Shown here piece after piece: positions 1 to 8,992 of a DNA stretch of 64,000 nucleotides; position 1 is the stretch's first letter; each line of letters begins with the position of its first letter. The stretch lies in NCBI GenBank assembly GCA_963762255.1, contig CAVXKA010000002.1, forward strand, positions 912,628-976,627. Reading direction: 5' to 3'. Under the pieces are notes generated by a model. It saw only the letters and a list, made by a program, of their open reading frames with translations. It was not told where the DNA came from and searched no databases. Source of the DNA: Candidatus Eiseniibacteriota bacterium. Lineage in GTDB: Bacteria; Eisenbacteria; RBG-16-71-46; JABDJR01. The position numbers were made by a program, and so were the translations under genes.

Positions 1-1946
1 GCGGACGGAATGGGCTCATCCCCCTCCACGCGAACCTGTGCGAACCCGGAGTTCTTCACGTAAAGCTCGATGTCCTCGTCGAAGCGCACCGAGCCCTCTC
101 GGCCGCGGACCATGAAGGCAGAGTCCACAACCCCGTTCACGACGATGAGAACACGTCTCACGTCGATCCAGGCCGGAGCGATTACCCGCACGTGGCCCCG
201 GGCCATGCCCGGTCCGCGCCGAAGGGTTCCGCCGATCTCAACTCCGTCCAGCGTGAACTCCACGAAAGGCCCGTTGGTGGAAACGGTCTTCCCCTCCTGC
301 AATGCTTCTTTCACTGCGGCCGAGTTCGATCCGTCCGCGCGGACATAGGTGCGCGCGTCCGTTCGCCCGGGGTCTGCCAGGGTAAGTTCGTGTGCCTCGG
401 CGGCGACATCGTCGAATCGCTCGTCCGCCGACCATGCGATGCCGTCGCAAACCAACGCCAATGCGCGGTCCGCCGAGGACACGGGACACGCGGGATGCGA
501 CCGGTCGAGCGCGCCGAGGTCCGCGGCGATCCACGAGTCGGGGATCCCGATCGACGCCAGCTCCGCGCGCAACACGGTGCGGCCGCCGGGCGCCAACGTC
601 ACATCCAGTTCCCACGCCTCGAACCCCGGACCCCGCGTCACCCGCACCCGGTACCGCCCCGGAGGAACGAACACGGTGTCTGCACCAGCCGGCGTGAAGA
701 GAAACTCCGCGGCGCCGGACGCGGAGTACCTTGGCCCGAACCACGGGTCCCGCGTTCCATTCACGCCAAGGAATCGCCATCGCGCAGGCGAGCGCGCACC
801 TCGCTCGTCCAACGCGCTCAATTCAACGGTCGCCGGCTCGAGGAGCCGCAGGGCGATCTTCCTCTTGCCGCCCGTCTCGATCGAGAACTCCGGAACCGGG
901 GCGATCCCGTACCGGGGATGTGACACGAGAAGCATGCACCGGCCCGAGGGCACGGAAAGCACGAGCGGACCGCGCGAGGACGTTTCCCCCCACGCCAGCG
1001 CGCGTCCCTCCGGCGTGCGGATTTCCACCCTCACCATCGCCACGTGCTCGCCGCCGTGATCGGCTTCCACGGTGACCCATCCGACGGGAATCCCCTCCGC
1101 GGCCCACACCGCGGACGCCGCGTCCGCGGCGGTGCCGCGTCGCACGGCAAGTCGGCGTTCGACGCGAAGCGAGTCCCCCGGCGCGAGCGACGCGGTCTTC
1201 GACACCGCGTGCGACCACGTCGGCCCGCCCGACACGTCGAGCGCGCTCCCCGGGCTCCACCATGCGTAGGCGGTGCCGCGAGCGGCCCCGGTGAGGAAAG
1301 GGACCGTGTGCGCAGCTTCGCCGAACTCGAACCCCGGGCCGGGCGCAAAGGGCTCCGCCTCCCCCCACAGGATGAGGTCCGCTGCGGGGAGGGCGACGGT
1401 GTCGAGGCCCCCGTTCACGAACCGCGTAGCGACGGAGAGGAGGTCCGATCCCGCCTCGAGCGAGTACCGGGTCTCGATGGCGACCTCGGGGAGTTCCCGG
1501 ACACGTCCACGGGCGATCAAGACGCGTTGCGTCCTGGCGACGCCGGCCGGGTCGGGAACGACCGTGACGTACGTCGCTTGCGGATCGGCCAAGGGTGCGG
1601 CTGCCGCGGCGACCCGAACCTCGCCCAGGACATCCTCCCCCGACGAGGGTGCGGCATCGAGGATCCTTCCCGCGCGCACGCGATCTCCCCCACCGACGCC
1701 GCCGATCACCACCGCCATGCGCTCGTTGCGCAACAGCCAGTCACCCGCGGTCCCATCGGCCATGTCTCCGCCAAACGGGGGCGGCCCGGAAAGGAGCGTG
1801 AGCTCGACGAAGGGCGGGGCGAGGGCGACGGTCTCGACACTCGGCCCCTCCGGTGAGGGCGCGCGCGCGCACCCGGCGGCCAGCATGAGCGCGGCTTCGA
1901 CAATCAGCAGAAGGCCGAGGAGGCGGGATCGTCGGGATAGGAGCAT
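1..1946 (-). CDS. Hypothetical lipoprotein, 3' end outside window (partial). It is not in the ORF track because no in-window stop exists.
   Basis: Reverse-strand translation from the ATG at 1944-1946 gives MLLSRRSRLLGLLLIVEAALMLAAGCARAPSPEGPSVETVALAPPFVELTLLSGPPPFGGDMADGTAGDWLLRNERMAVVIGG..., a signal peptide plus lipobox (LAAGC). The frame reads protein-like with no stop down to position 1. All listed ORFs in this region are Arg/Pro-rich junk. Confidence 0.45.
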   Translation of the reverse strand, partial: MLLSRRSRLLGLLLIVEAALMLAAGCARAPSPEGPSVETVALAPPFVELTLLSGPPPFGGDMADGTAGDWLLRNERMAVVIGGVGGGDRVRAGRILDAAPSSGEDVLGEVRVAAAAAPLADPQATYVTVVPDPAGVARTQRVLIARGRVRELPEVAIETRYSLEAGSDLLSVATRFVNGGLDTVALPAADLILWGEAEPFAPGPGFEFGEAAHTVPFLTGAARGTAYAWWSPGSALDVSGGPTWSHAVSKTASLAPGDSLRVERRLAVRRGTAADAASAVWAAEGIPVGWVTVEADHGGEHVAMVRVEIRTPEGRALAWGETSSRGPLVLSVPSGRCMLLVSHPRYGIAPVPEFSIETGGKRKIALRLLEPATVELSALDERGARSPARWRFLGVNGTRDPWFGPRYSASGAAEFLFTPAGADTVFVPPGRYRVRVTRGPGFEAWELDVTLAPGGRTVLRAELASIGIPDSWIAADLGALDRSHPACPVSSADRALALVCDGIAWSADERFDDVAAEAHELTLADPGRTDARTYVRADGSNSAAVKEALQEGKTVSTNGPFVEFTLDGVEIGGTLRRGPGMARGHVRVIAPAWIDVRRVLIVVNGVVDSAFMVRGREGSVRFDEDIELYVKNSGFAQVRVEGDEPIPS

Positions 1947-1995
1947 GCCGACCATGCTACCGGCCTCACGCGCGTCGCGCCATCCGTGCGCGCAG

Positions 1996-2027
1996 AAAAA
2001 AGAGGGGGTCGGTTGCCCGACCCCCTC
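1996..2027 (-). terminator. Rho-independent terminator downstream of the 2053..3969 gene
   Basis: Perfect 11-bp stem GAGGGGGTCGG / CCGACCCCCTC with a 4-nt loop. On the minus strand it is followed by a T7 run (plus strand GAAAAAAG). Confidence 0.7.
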
Positions 2028-2052
2028 TCGCGGAGCGTGATCCGCCGAGATT

Positions 2053-3969
2053 CTACTGCTCCAGGAACAGAAGTCGCCGCGTGAGGACCTGTCCGCCCGT
2101 CTCGAGGCGATAGAAATAGATGCCGCTGCCGGCGTTGCTCAGCGCGTCGCCGCTCAGCGAAATCACGTGATCGCCGGGGGTCTGGAGCCCTTCCACCAGT
2201 GTCTTCACCAGGCGGCCCCGGATATCGAAGACATTGATGGTCACAGGCACCATGTCACCGGCCTTGGCCCCCGCGGGCACCTGATAACGGATCTCCGTGG
2301 AACGGCCGAAGGGGTTCGGCGCATTCTGCAGGAGCTGGGCCATCGGACGCAGGTTGCGATCCTCGATGCCCGTGGTCGCCACGAACTCGATGTCGCTGGC
2401 GAAACGGGGAATCATCTGGTAGCCGGCCGTGAACGGGCTGGCCGAATCAAACTGCGAGGCGATGCCGATTACGTTCGCGTAGAGCGAAGTCGCGGCCATC
2501 CCGGGGATGTTGGTGTCCCCGTCCACGCGCAGGAGAAGCGTGTCCGCGTAGCAGTTGGTGACCTTGTAGTTGGTGTTCGCGCGCAGGGTGTCGGTCCCCA
2601 CGGGGAACTTCACCAGCATCATCCGGACCAGGTCGTTCTCGATCGCTTCGAACGAAGAGCAGGTCGTGGTGAGCGCCGCCGCGGGCACCGAGCCGGGACC
2701 GTTGATCTCGACCAGGAGCGTGTCGCAGGTCGCGCTGGTGGCGATCTCCACCTTACCGTTGTACTGGTCGATGATGCCCTCGACGGTCACATCGTCACCG
2801 AGGCCGGGCTGCACGGTGTGCGTCCCGTACTTGAAGACGTTGATCCCGCCGGTGGCGTCCTGGATGTTGTAGTCGGTGTTGAGAACCTGGATCACGCCAT
2901 AGGGCAGGGTCACATTGCCGGTCACCCGAGCGCCGTAGTACCGATAGATGTTCGCCCCGTTGGCGTCGTTCACGTACAGCTCACGGATGTTCTTGGTGCC
3001 GACGAAGTAGCCCTGGTTGTGGCCCTGCGTCGTATCCGGGTTCACGTTGTACGCGGTGACGTAGTACTCGACCAGATCCCCGTTGTTGCTCTGGGCGGGC
3101 AGCACGTACTCGAAGGTGGTCGTGTCGCCGGAAGTCGCGACCACGCCCATGGCCACCGTCGTCGCCGAACCACCGTTCACCCAGTAGTGGATGTCGGCAG
3201 ATACGGCGTTCAACACAACCGCTTGCGCGGCCGCAGTCTGGGCCGTAAACGGCACGCAAGGGGTGCGGGGCTCGCGCAGGAACTCGGGAGGCGGGTTCAA
3301 GCAGGTGGGATTGGTCGTGCCCGGCGAGTCGTCGATGTTGATCGCGAACTGGCCGATCACCCACGCGCCCGTGTCGCTGCAGCGATAGACGTGACCCGGA
3401 TGGTAGGTGCCATCCGGACCGAGGGTGGCCGACGGGTAGTAGGTGTACTCGACGGTCGTGCAGTTCACCGCAGCTCCGTTGGTCAGAGCCACGCCGTCGA
3501 TGATCGCGGTCCAGGGCGTGATGTCCAGGACGCCATCGTTGTTGGTGTCGAGATCCTGGGTGATGGTACCCGTCCAGCCGGAAACCAGCAGGTGGGTCAC
3601 GTTGTCCGTGTTCTCGAACGCGTACGCCGCGGAGTTGATGTCCGCATCGTAACCGGTAAGGACGTGCCCGGCCGCGTAGTACTTTGCCGCGGCGAAGAAG
3701 CCATCGGCCTGGATCGCGTACCCGGTCAACGGCACGACGCACTCGACGACGCCGCAGCCGCCCGTGCCGTCACCGATCACGATGTAGGTATACGAACTCA
3801 AGTCGGTCGAGGCCGGCCCCTGGAGCTCGAAGTACTCGTCGGTGTCGGTGCTGGTCATGTCGGTCCGGACCTCGGTGATCTGGATCTGTGCCCAGGCGCC
3901 GGCCGCGAAGGCGACCAGCCCGATCGAGAGAAGAAGTGCTAGCAGAAGCTTGTGCGTGGGAAGTCGCAT
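2053..3969 (-). CDS. Secreted protein with a C-terminal FlgD-Ig-like/T9SS-type sorting tail
   Basis: N-terminal signal peptide MRLPTHKLLLALLLSIGLVAFAAGAWA. Thr/Gly/Asn-rich beta-rich body. C-terminus ...GIYFYRLETGGQVLTRRLLFLEQ resembles FlgD Ig-like/por-secretion C-terminal domains. The same tail type recurs at 58961. Confidence 0.6.
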   Translation of the reverse strand: MRLPTHKLLLALLLSIGLVAFAAGAWAQIQITEVRTDMTSTDTDEYFELQGPASTDLSSYTYIVIGDGTGGCGVVECVVPLTGYAIQADGFFAAAKYYAAGHVLTGYDADINSAAYAFENTDNVTHLLVSGWTGTITQDLDTNNDGVLDITPWTAIIDGVALTNGAAVNCTTVEYTYYPSATLGPDGTYHPGHVYRCSDTGAWVIGQFAINIDDSPGTTNPTCLNPPPEFLREPRTPCVPFTAQTAAAQAVVLNAVSADIHYWVNGGSATTVAMGVVATSGDTTTFEYVLPAQSNNGDLVEYYVTAYNVNPDTTQGHNQGYFVGTKNIRELYVNDANGANIYRYYGARVTGNVTLPYGVIQVLNTDYNIQDATGGINVFKYGTHTVQPGLGDDVTVEGIIDQYNGKVEIATSATCDTLLVEINGPGSVPAAALTTTCSSFEAIENDLVRMMLVKFPVGTDTLRANTNYKVTNCYADTLLLRVDGDTNIPGMAATSLYANVIGIASQFDSASPFTAGYQMIPRFASDIEFVATTGIEDRNLRPMAQLLQNAPNPFGRSTEIRYQVPAGAKAGDMVPVTINVFDIRGRLVKTLVEGLQTPGDHVISLSGDALSNAGSGIYFYRLETGGQVLTRRLLFLEQ

Positions 3970-4116
3970 GTTGGCTGTACCCCCTAAGTGCAGTCTGGTC
4001 CACCCGAGGACACACGGTAGAGATAGAGGTGCCGGTGGACCAAGTCACCCCTCTATGGAAGCTAAGTCAGTGGGATGAGTCTAACCCGAATCCCCGGCGA
4101 TTTCAATGACAATTCC

Positions 4117-4134
4117 TTGACAGATGCGTGTCAA
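4117..4134. promoter_or_regulatory. Palindrome TTGACA-N6-TGTCAA in the intergenic region upstream of the 2053..3969 gene (candidate operator/-35)
   Basis: 18-nt inverted repeat about 150 nt upstream of the start at 3969. No convincing -10 was found. Confidence 0.2.
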
Positions 4135-4229
4135 CCGCAAGCTGTAACGACACTTGCGAATATGGCTTTCGAGACCTTCCAGAACCACGCTCCCCGCCCA
4201 GTCGGTTGGGGGCGGGCGATCACAACCTC

Positions 4230-5093
4230 TCAGGTTGCCGCGATTCGGGGGATGAGCGCCTCGATGAATCGGGTGAAGGTCTCCCGGAGACGCGAAGTCA
4301 CTTCCATAACCTCGCCGTGGGAAAGGGGCTCCAGCGAGAGGCCGGCGGCCCGGTTGGAGATGCAGGTGACACCCAACACCTCCATTCCCAGGTGCCTGGC
4401 CACGATGACCTCCGGCACGGTGGACATGCCCACGGCGTCTCCCCCGAGGCGACGCGCCATGGCGACCTCGGCCCGCGTCTCATAGGTGGGTCCGAGGTTC
4501 CCCCAGTAGGTGCCGGCCCGCAGCCCGCAGAGCCCTCGTTCCGCGGCAACCTCGAAGCCTATGGCCAGGAGGCGCTTCGAGAAGGGCTCGGCCAGATCCA
4601 CGAAACGATCCGCATCCACAAGAGGACCCCGGCCGCGCAGGGGGCTTCGAAACTGGAAGTTCACCTGGTCCTCGATGAGCATCAGGTCCCCGGGATTCAG
4701 GCGTGGGTCGACCCCGCCGGCGGCGTTCGTCACCACCAGCGCGCGCGCGCCGAGGGCATGCATGACGCGCAGCGGGAAGGTCACCTGGGCCGCCGAGTAC
4801 CCCTCGTACAGATGGAAGCGCCCCTGTTGGGCGGCGACGGGGACGCCGCCGGTCTGCCCGAGGACGAGCCTGCCCGCGTGCCCCTCCACCGTGGCAACAG
4901 GGAAGCCCGGCAGATCGCGGTAGTCCACAGCGACCGGCGCGGTGAGGGTGTCGGCGAACCCGCCGAGGCCGGAGCCCAGGATGAGCGCAACGCGTGGGAC
5001 GACTGGCGTGCGAGCGCGGATCACCTCCACGCACCGGGCGATGTCCGCCGGCGTGAATCCGATGCTGTCCGCATCGCGGAATCCGGCGCTCAT
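4230..5093 (-). CDS. Purine nucleoside phosphorylase (trimeric PNP/MTAP family)
   Basis: 287 aa. ...ALILGSGLGGFADTL...ATVEGHAGRLVLG...HLYEGY...STVPEVIVARHLGMEVLGVTCISN..., typical PNP-I/MTAP fold motifs. The stop overlaps the udk start by 4 nt. Confidence 0.8.
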   Translation of the reverse strand: MSAGFRDADSIGFTPADIARCVEVIRARTPVVPRVALILGSGLGGFADTLTAPVAVDYRDLPGFPVATVEGHAGRLVLGQTGGVPVAAQQGRFHLYEGYSAAQVTFPLRVMHALGARALVVTNAAGGVDPRLNPGDLMLIEDQVNFQFRSPLRGRGPLVDADRFVDLAEPFSKRLLAIGFEVAAERGLCGLRAGTYWGNLGPTYETRAEVAMARRLGGDAVGMSTVPEVIVARHLGMEVLGVTCISNRAAGLSLEPLSHGEVMEVTSRLRETFTRFIEALIPRIAAT

Positions 5094-5716
5094 CGCGCCT
5101 CCCGGAGCATGCTCCGCACTTTGGTCACAAGGAGATCGACGGCGACTCGGTTTCGCCCACCCTCGGGAATGATGATGTCGGCGTAGCGCTTGGAAGGTTC
5201 GATGAACTGGAGATGCATCGGGCGCACGCTCTCTTCGTACTGTTGGAGGATCGATTCCAGGCTTCTCCCCCGCTCCATCGTGTCCCGGCGGATGCGCCGG
5301 ATGAGCCGCACGTCGGGGTCGGTGTCGATGAACACCTTGATGTCCATGAGCTTTCGGAGCGCGGGATCCTCCAACACGAGGATCCCCTCCAGCATGATGA
5401 CGCGGTGCCCCTCCACGCGCACCGTCTCCGGCAGGCGGGAGTGGTGGGTGAAATCGTACGTGGGCTTCTCGATCGGCTGGCCGCGCAGGAGCGCCTCCAT
5501 GTGATCGAGGAGAAGCTCGCGGTCGAAAGCGTCGGGATGGTCGAAGTTGAGCTTCGCCCGCTCTTCTATGGTGAGGCCGGCGAAGTCCTTGTAGTAGGAA
5601 TCCTGCTCGATCATCACGACCTCTCGCGAACCCAGGTTCTCGATGAGGGTGGATGTGACGAGGGACTTCCCGGAAGCGGAGCCGCCGGCGATGCCGAGAA
5701 GAAGGGGCCCTTCCAT
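5090..5716 (-). CDS. udk: Uridine kinase
   Basis: 208 aa. P-loop GIAGGSASGKSLV and an ...IEQDSYYKD... uridine/cytidine kinase signature. Confidence 0.85.
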   Translation of the reverse strand: MEGPLLLGIAGGSASGKSLVTSTLIENLGSREVVMIEQDSYYKDFAGLTIEERAKLNFDHPDAFDRELLLDHMEALLRGQPIEKPTYDFTHHSRLPETVRVEGHRVIMLEGILVLEDPALRKLMDIKVFIDTDPDVRLIRRIRRDTMERGRSLESILQQYEESVRPMHLQFIEPSKRYADIIIPEGGRNRVAVDLLVTKVRSMLREAR

Positions 5717-5735
5717 GACGTCCTGTCCTGCTTTC

Positions 5736-6872
5736 CTAGAAATGATCCCGCGGCGGGACGAACTCCGGGCCGAAGGACCGGCCGATGAGTCCGTCCAGCT
5801 CGTCCAGGACCTGCGTAAGGAGCGCCACCTTGCGCCGCAGCGGAAGGAAGGCGCTCTTGAATCCGTTGAGCACGAGCTTGCGCACGTCCGCGACCCCCAG
5901 CCCGAACGCCTCGACGGCCTTGCGGTACTCGCGGGTAATGTCGGTGTCGCTCATGAGGGTGTTGTCCGTGTTGAGAGTCACCCGGAGCCCCGAATCGTAA
6001 TACAACCGGAACGGATGGTCCTCAAGGCGCTCCACCACCGCGGTCTGGAGATTGGAAGTGAGGCAGATCTCCAGAGGGATGCGGTGGTTGTTCACGTAGG
6101 CCATGAGGTCGGGATCCTCGTGCAGCCGCGTGCCGTGCCCTATGCGATGCGCCCCCAGCGCGTGCAGAGCCTGGTGGATGCTCGCCGGACCGTAGCCCTC
6201 TCCGGCGTGGCACGTGCAGTTGATGTTGTTCTTGAGGATCTTGTAGAAAGCGCTTCCGTGCTCCTTGGCCGGGTAGTTGAACTCGGCGCCGGCGAGATCG
6301 AACCCCACCACCCCGCTCTTCTTGTACTCGACGCATAGGTCGGCGAGGGCAAGGCTCTTGGCGGGAGACATGCTGCGGATGCTGCAGATGATGACGCCGG
6401 TCAGCACCCCCGTCGCCCGCGTTGCCTCATCGAGGCCGGCCAGCACCGAGTCCAGGATCTCCTGCATGGAGTGTCCCTTGAGTTCGTGAAGGATGGGCGA
6501 GAACCGCACCTCGATGTACCGCACGTTCTCCCGCGCGGCATCCTCCACCAGCTCGCGCGCCACGCGCCGCATGGCGCCCGGCTCCTGCAGCACGGAGAGC
6601 GTGTGCTGGAACGCGTCCAGGTACTCCTCCAACGACTCGCAGGCGTCCCCGCACACGAGGCGGCGGCGCAGCTCCGGCTCCGTCTCGCGGGCCAGGTCGA
6701 GGCTCTGGTCGCGGGCCAGCTCGCGAACGGTGTCGAGACGGACCGAGCCGTCGAGATGGATGTGAAGATCGGTCTTGGGGATCTCCCGAAGGAAGCTCGG
6801 GTGGGAGAGGATCATGGCGGTTTCGCGGCTCCGCTCCCCGGGACCGCTCCGCCCCAGCTCCGGCGCGCTCAT
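5736..6872 (-). CDS. add: Adenosine deaminase
   Basis: 378 aa. PKTDLHIHLDGS and metal-dependent hydrolase motifs (HAGE, SxNTDD-like LNTDNTL) typical of Add. Confidence 0.85.
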   Translation of the reverse strand: MSAPELGRSGPGERSRETAMILSHPSFLREIPKTDLHIHLDGSVRLDTVRELARDQSLDLARETEPELRRRLVCGDACESLEEYLDAFQHTLSVLQEPGAMRRVARELVEDAARENVRYIEVRFSPILHELKGHSMQEILDSVLAGLDEATRATGVLTGVIICSIRSMSPAKSLALADLCVEYKKSGVVGFDLAGAEFNYPAKEHGSAFYKILKNNINCTCHAGEGYGPASIHQALHALGAHRIGHGTRLHEDPDLMAYVNNHRIPLEICLTSNLQTAVVERLEDHPFRLYYDSGLRVTLNTDNTLMSDTDITREYRKAVEAFGLGVADVRKLVLNGFKSAFLPLRRKVALLTQVLDELDGLIGRSFGPEFVPPRDHF

Positions 6873-8171
6873 CTAGCGGATCTCCGCCCGCGAGAGAAGA
6901 TCGCGGATCGCTTGCGCTGGCCGCCGCAGGTATTCCTCGGGGTCGAGGTGTGGAAGGCGCCCGCTCGCGACACGGATCTCGCCGTCCACGACCACCCAGC
7001 GCACGGCGTCGCGCGCCGCGGCGTAGACGATCCGGTCGTAGACCGATACGCCGGGGCCGCCGAAGGTCTGCGGACGGTCGAGGTCGAGCACGACCACATC
7101 GCCGGCCTTTCCCGCCTCGAGGCTTCCGATCGCGTCATCCCATCCCACCGCCCGCGCGCCATCGATCGTGGCCATCTCGAGTGCGGCCATCGCGGAGAGA
7201 CTTCCCGGACCGCCCTTCAGGCCTTGCAACAGCGCGGCGAGGCGCATCTCCTCCAGCACGTCCATGTCGTTATTGCAGGGGGCGCCGTCGCAGCCGATGC
7301 CCACCGAGAGGTTGTCCTGCGCGCGCAGGAACGGCAGGTCGGCCACGCCGGATCCCAGCTTCAAGTTGGCCGTCGGGCAGTGCGCGATCTTGAGCGGTCG
7401 TCCGCCCAGCGTCTCCAACTCGGGCTCGCGAAGCCACACCGCGTGGGCGGCGCGCAAGTCAACGTCGAGCACGCCGGTCGTGCTCAGGAACTCCATCTGC
7501 CCCGTGCCCAGCGACGCCCGCACCGCCGCTTCCTCGGCTTCGCTCTCGAGAAGGTGCGTGTGTACGGGCGCGTCCAGCTCCGCGGCCAGGGCGGCGGTGC
7601 GCTCCCAGAGCGCGCGCGAGCAGGAAAGCACGAAGCGCGGGCAGAGGGCGCCGCGGATCCTTCCGTCGGCCTCTCCGTGCCAGCGGCGATACAGATCGCC
7701 CGCCTCCTCGATCGCCCGGTCCGGATCTTCGAGGAGCGCGCTCGGCGCGCCCTCGCCGGTATCCATCAGACACTTCCCCGCCACCGCGCGCAGGCCGGAG
7801 TCGCGGATCGCGCGAAAGATTCCCTCCATGCCGCGCACCAGGCCGAACTCCTGGATCGTGGTGGTGCCGGAGAGAAGACAGTCGGCCGCTCCAAGAAGCC
7901 CGGATGCGTACGCGGTGTCGTCGGTGTGCGCCGCCTCCAGCGGCCAGATGCGTTCGCGGAGCCAGCTCAGAAGCGGGCGGTCCTCGGCGAGGCCGCGAAA
8001 GAGGGCCTGACCGAGATGCACGTGCGCCTGGATGAACCCGGGCAGGACGAAGAGGCCCTGGGCCTCCAGGAGCCGCGTGGCAGGCGGCGGGACGATGCCG
8101 GGGCCGAGCGCAACGATGCGACCGTCGGTGATGAGGAGATCGCCTTCCAGCACGCGCCGCCCGGGGTCCAT
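6873..8171 (-). CDS. Amidohydrolase (COG0402-like nucleobase/nucleoside deaminase: guanine deaminase, MtaD or 8-oxoguanine deaminase-like)
   Basis: The homologous region starts ...LLIRGGTLVTMDPGRRVLEGDLLITDGRIVALG...LPGFIQAHVHLGQALFRG...HLLESEAE...HCPTANLKLGSG...GCDGAPCNNDMD.... The ATG at 8171 (MDPGRR) is the first Met. The true start is probably a non-ATG codon about 8198 (LLIRGG). The track ORF N-terminus up to 8957 is spurious and overlaps hpt. Confidence 0.7.
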   Translation of the reverse strand: MDPGRRVLEGDLLITDGRIVALGPGIVPPPATRLLEAQGLFVLPGFIQAHVHLGQALFRGLAEDRPLLSWLRERIWPLEAAHTDDTAYASGLLGAADCLLSGTTTIQEFGLVRGMEGIFRAIRDSGLRAVAGKCLMDTGEGAPSALLEDPDRAIEEAGDLYRRWHGEADGRIRGALCPRFVLSCSRALWERTAALAAELDAPVHTHLLESEAEEAAVRASLGTGQMEFLSTTGVLDVDLRAAHAVWLREPELETLGGRPLKIAHCPTANLKLGSGVADLPFLRAQDNLSVGIGCDGAPCNNDMDVLEEMRLAALLQGLKGGPGSLSAMAALEMATIDGARAVGWDDAIGSLEAGKAGDVVVLDLDRPQTFGGPGVSVYDRIVYAAARDAVRWVVVDGEIRVASGRLPHLDPEEYLRRPAQAIRDLLSRAEIR

Positions 8172-8224
8172 CGTGACCAGGGTGCCGCCGCGGATCAGGA
8201 GATGGCGATGGGACCGGGGCAGGG

Positions 8225-8755
8225 TCACGGCTGGCGGTAGACCTCTTCTTTGAGCACGCCGATGTAAGGCAGGTTCCGGTAGAGCTGGTTGTAGTCGAGC
8301 CCGTAGCCCACCACGAATTCGTTGGGACACTCGAAGCCGACGTACTTCACCGGCACTTCCTCGGCGCGAGCCTCGCGCTTGTCGAGCAGCGCGCAGATCT
8401 CCACCGACTTGGGATGGCGGGTGTAGAGGTTGTCGAGGAGATAGCGCGCGGTGAGGCCGGTGTCGATGATGTCCTCGACGATCAGGACGTGCCGTCCGTC
8501 GATGGGCTGGTTCAGATCCTTGAGGATGCGCACGACTCCCGAGGAGTGGGTGCCGCCGCCGTACGAGGAGACCGACATGAAGTCGACCTCGAGGTGGGTG
8601 TTCATCGAACGCACCAGGTCCGCCATGTAGGGAAAGCACCCGTTCAGGATGCCGACCATCAGAACGCGCCGGTCCGCGTAGTCGCGAGCGACCTCCGCAC
8701 CCATGGCCTGAACCTTGGCCCGGACTTGTTCCTCGCTGAAGAGAACCTCTCGCAT
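8225..8755 (-). CDS. hpt: Hypoxanthine-guanine phosphoribosyltransferase
   Basis: 176 aa from the internal Met (MREVLFSEEQVRAKVQ...). PRPP-binding VLIVEDIIDTGLT motif. The upstream 210 aa of the track ORF are Arg-rich junk. Confidence 0.85.
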   Translation of the reverse strand: MREVLFSEEQVRAKVQAMGAEVARDYADRRVLMVGILNGCFPYMADLVRSMNTHLEVDFMSVSSYGGGTHSSGVVRILKDLNQPIDGRHVLIVEDIIDTGLTARYLLDNLYTRHPKSVEICALLDKREARAEEVPVKYVGFECPNEFVVGYGLDYNQLYRNLPYIGVLKEEVYRQP

Positions 8756-8992
8756 GTCCGCACCGATACCGTTTTCCCAAGATTTCATGCTGTGGCGATT
8801 CCCCTCTCTCCCGCTGGTTATGGTGCTCCCGGTGGCTTGTCGAGATGCGCGAGGCCGGAGCCCGGGAGGTAGGACCGATCGGCGAGCATTCTGCCGCGTC
8901 CGCCCCCGGGAGGCAAGGCGCGAAACCGGGACACGCGGCGCCGCTCGGGGGTACCATGCGTGGAAGCTTCGGGCCGAAGGAGGGATGCGTTT

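Noticed and set aside
2167-3942. Long plus-strand ORF (591 aa) antisense to the secreted protein gene. Similar long antisense ORFs lie at 6471..8240, 11517..13361, 17942..20092, 34588..36372, 45155..47128, 49444..51255 and 54473..56413.
   Set aside because: These are Arg/Gly/His/Asp-rich low-complexity translations typical of the antisense or out-of-frame strand of roughly 70% GC coding DNA. Each fully overlaps a gene with clear family signatures.
4117-4134. TTGACA-N6-TGTCAA as a definite sigma70 promoter.
   Set aside because: No acceptable -10 hexamer lies at 16-19 nt spacing on either strand. It is retained only as a low-confidence operator-like palindrome.
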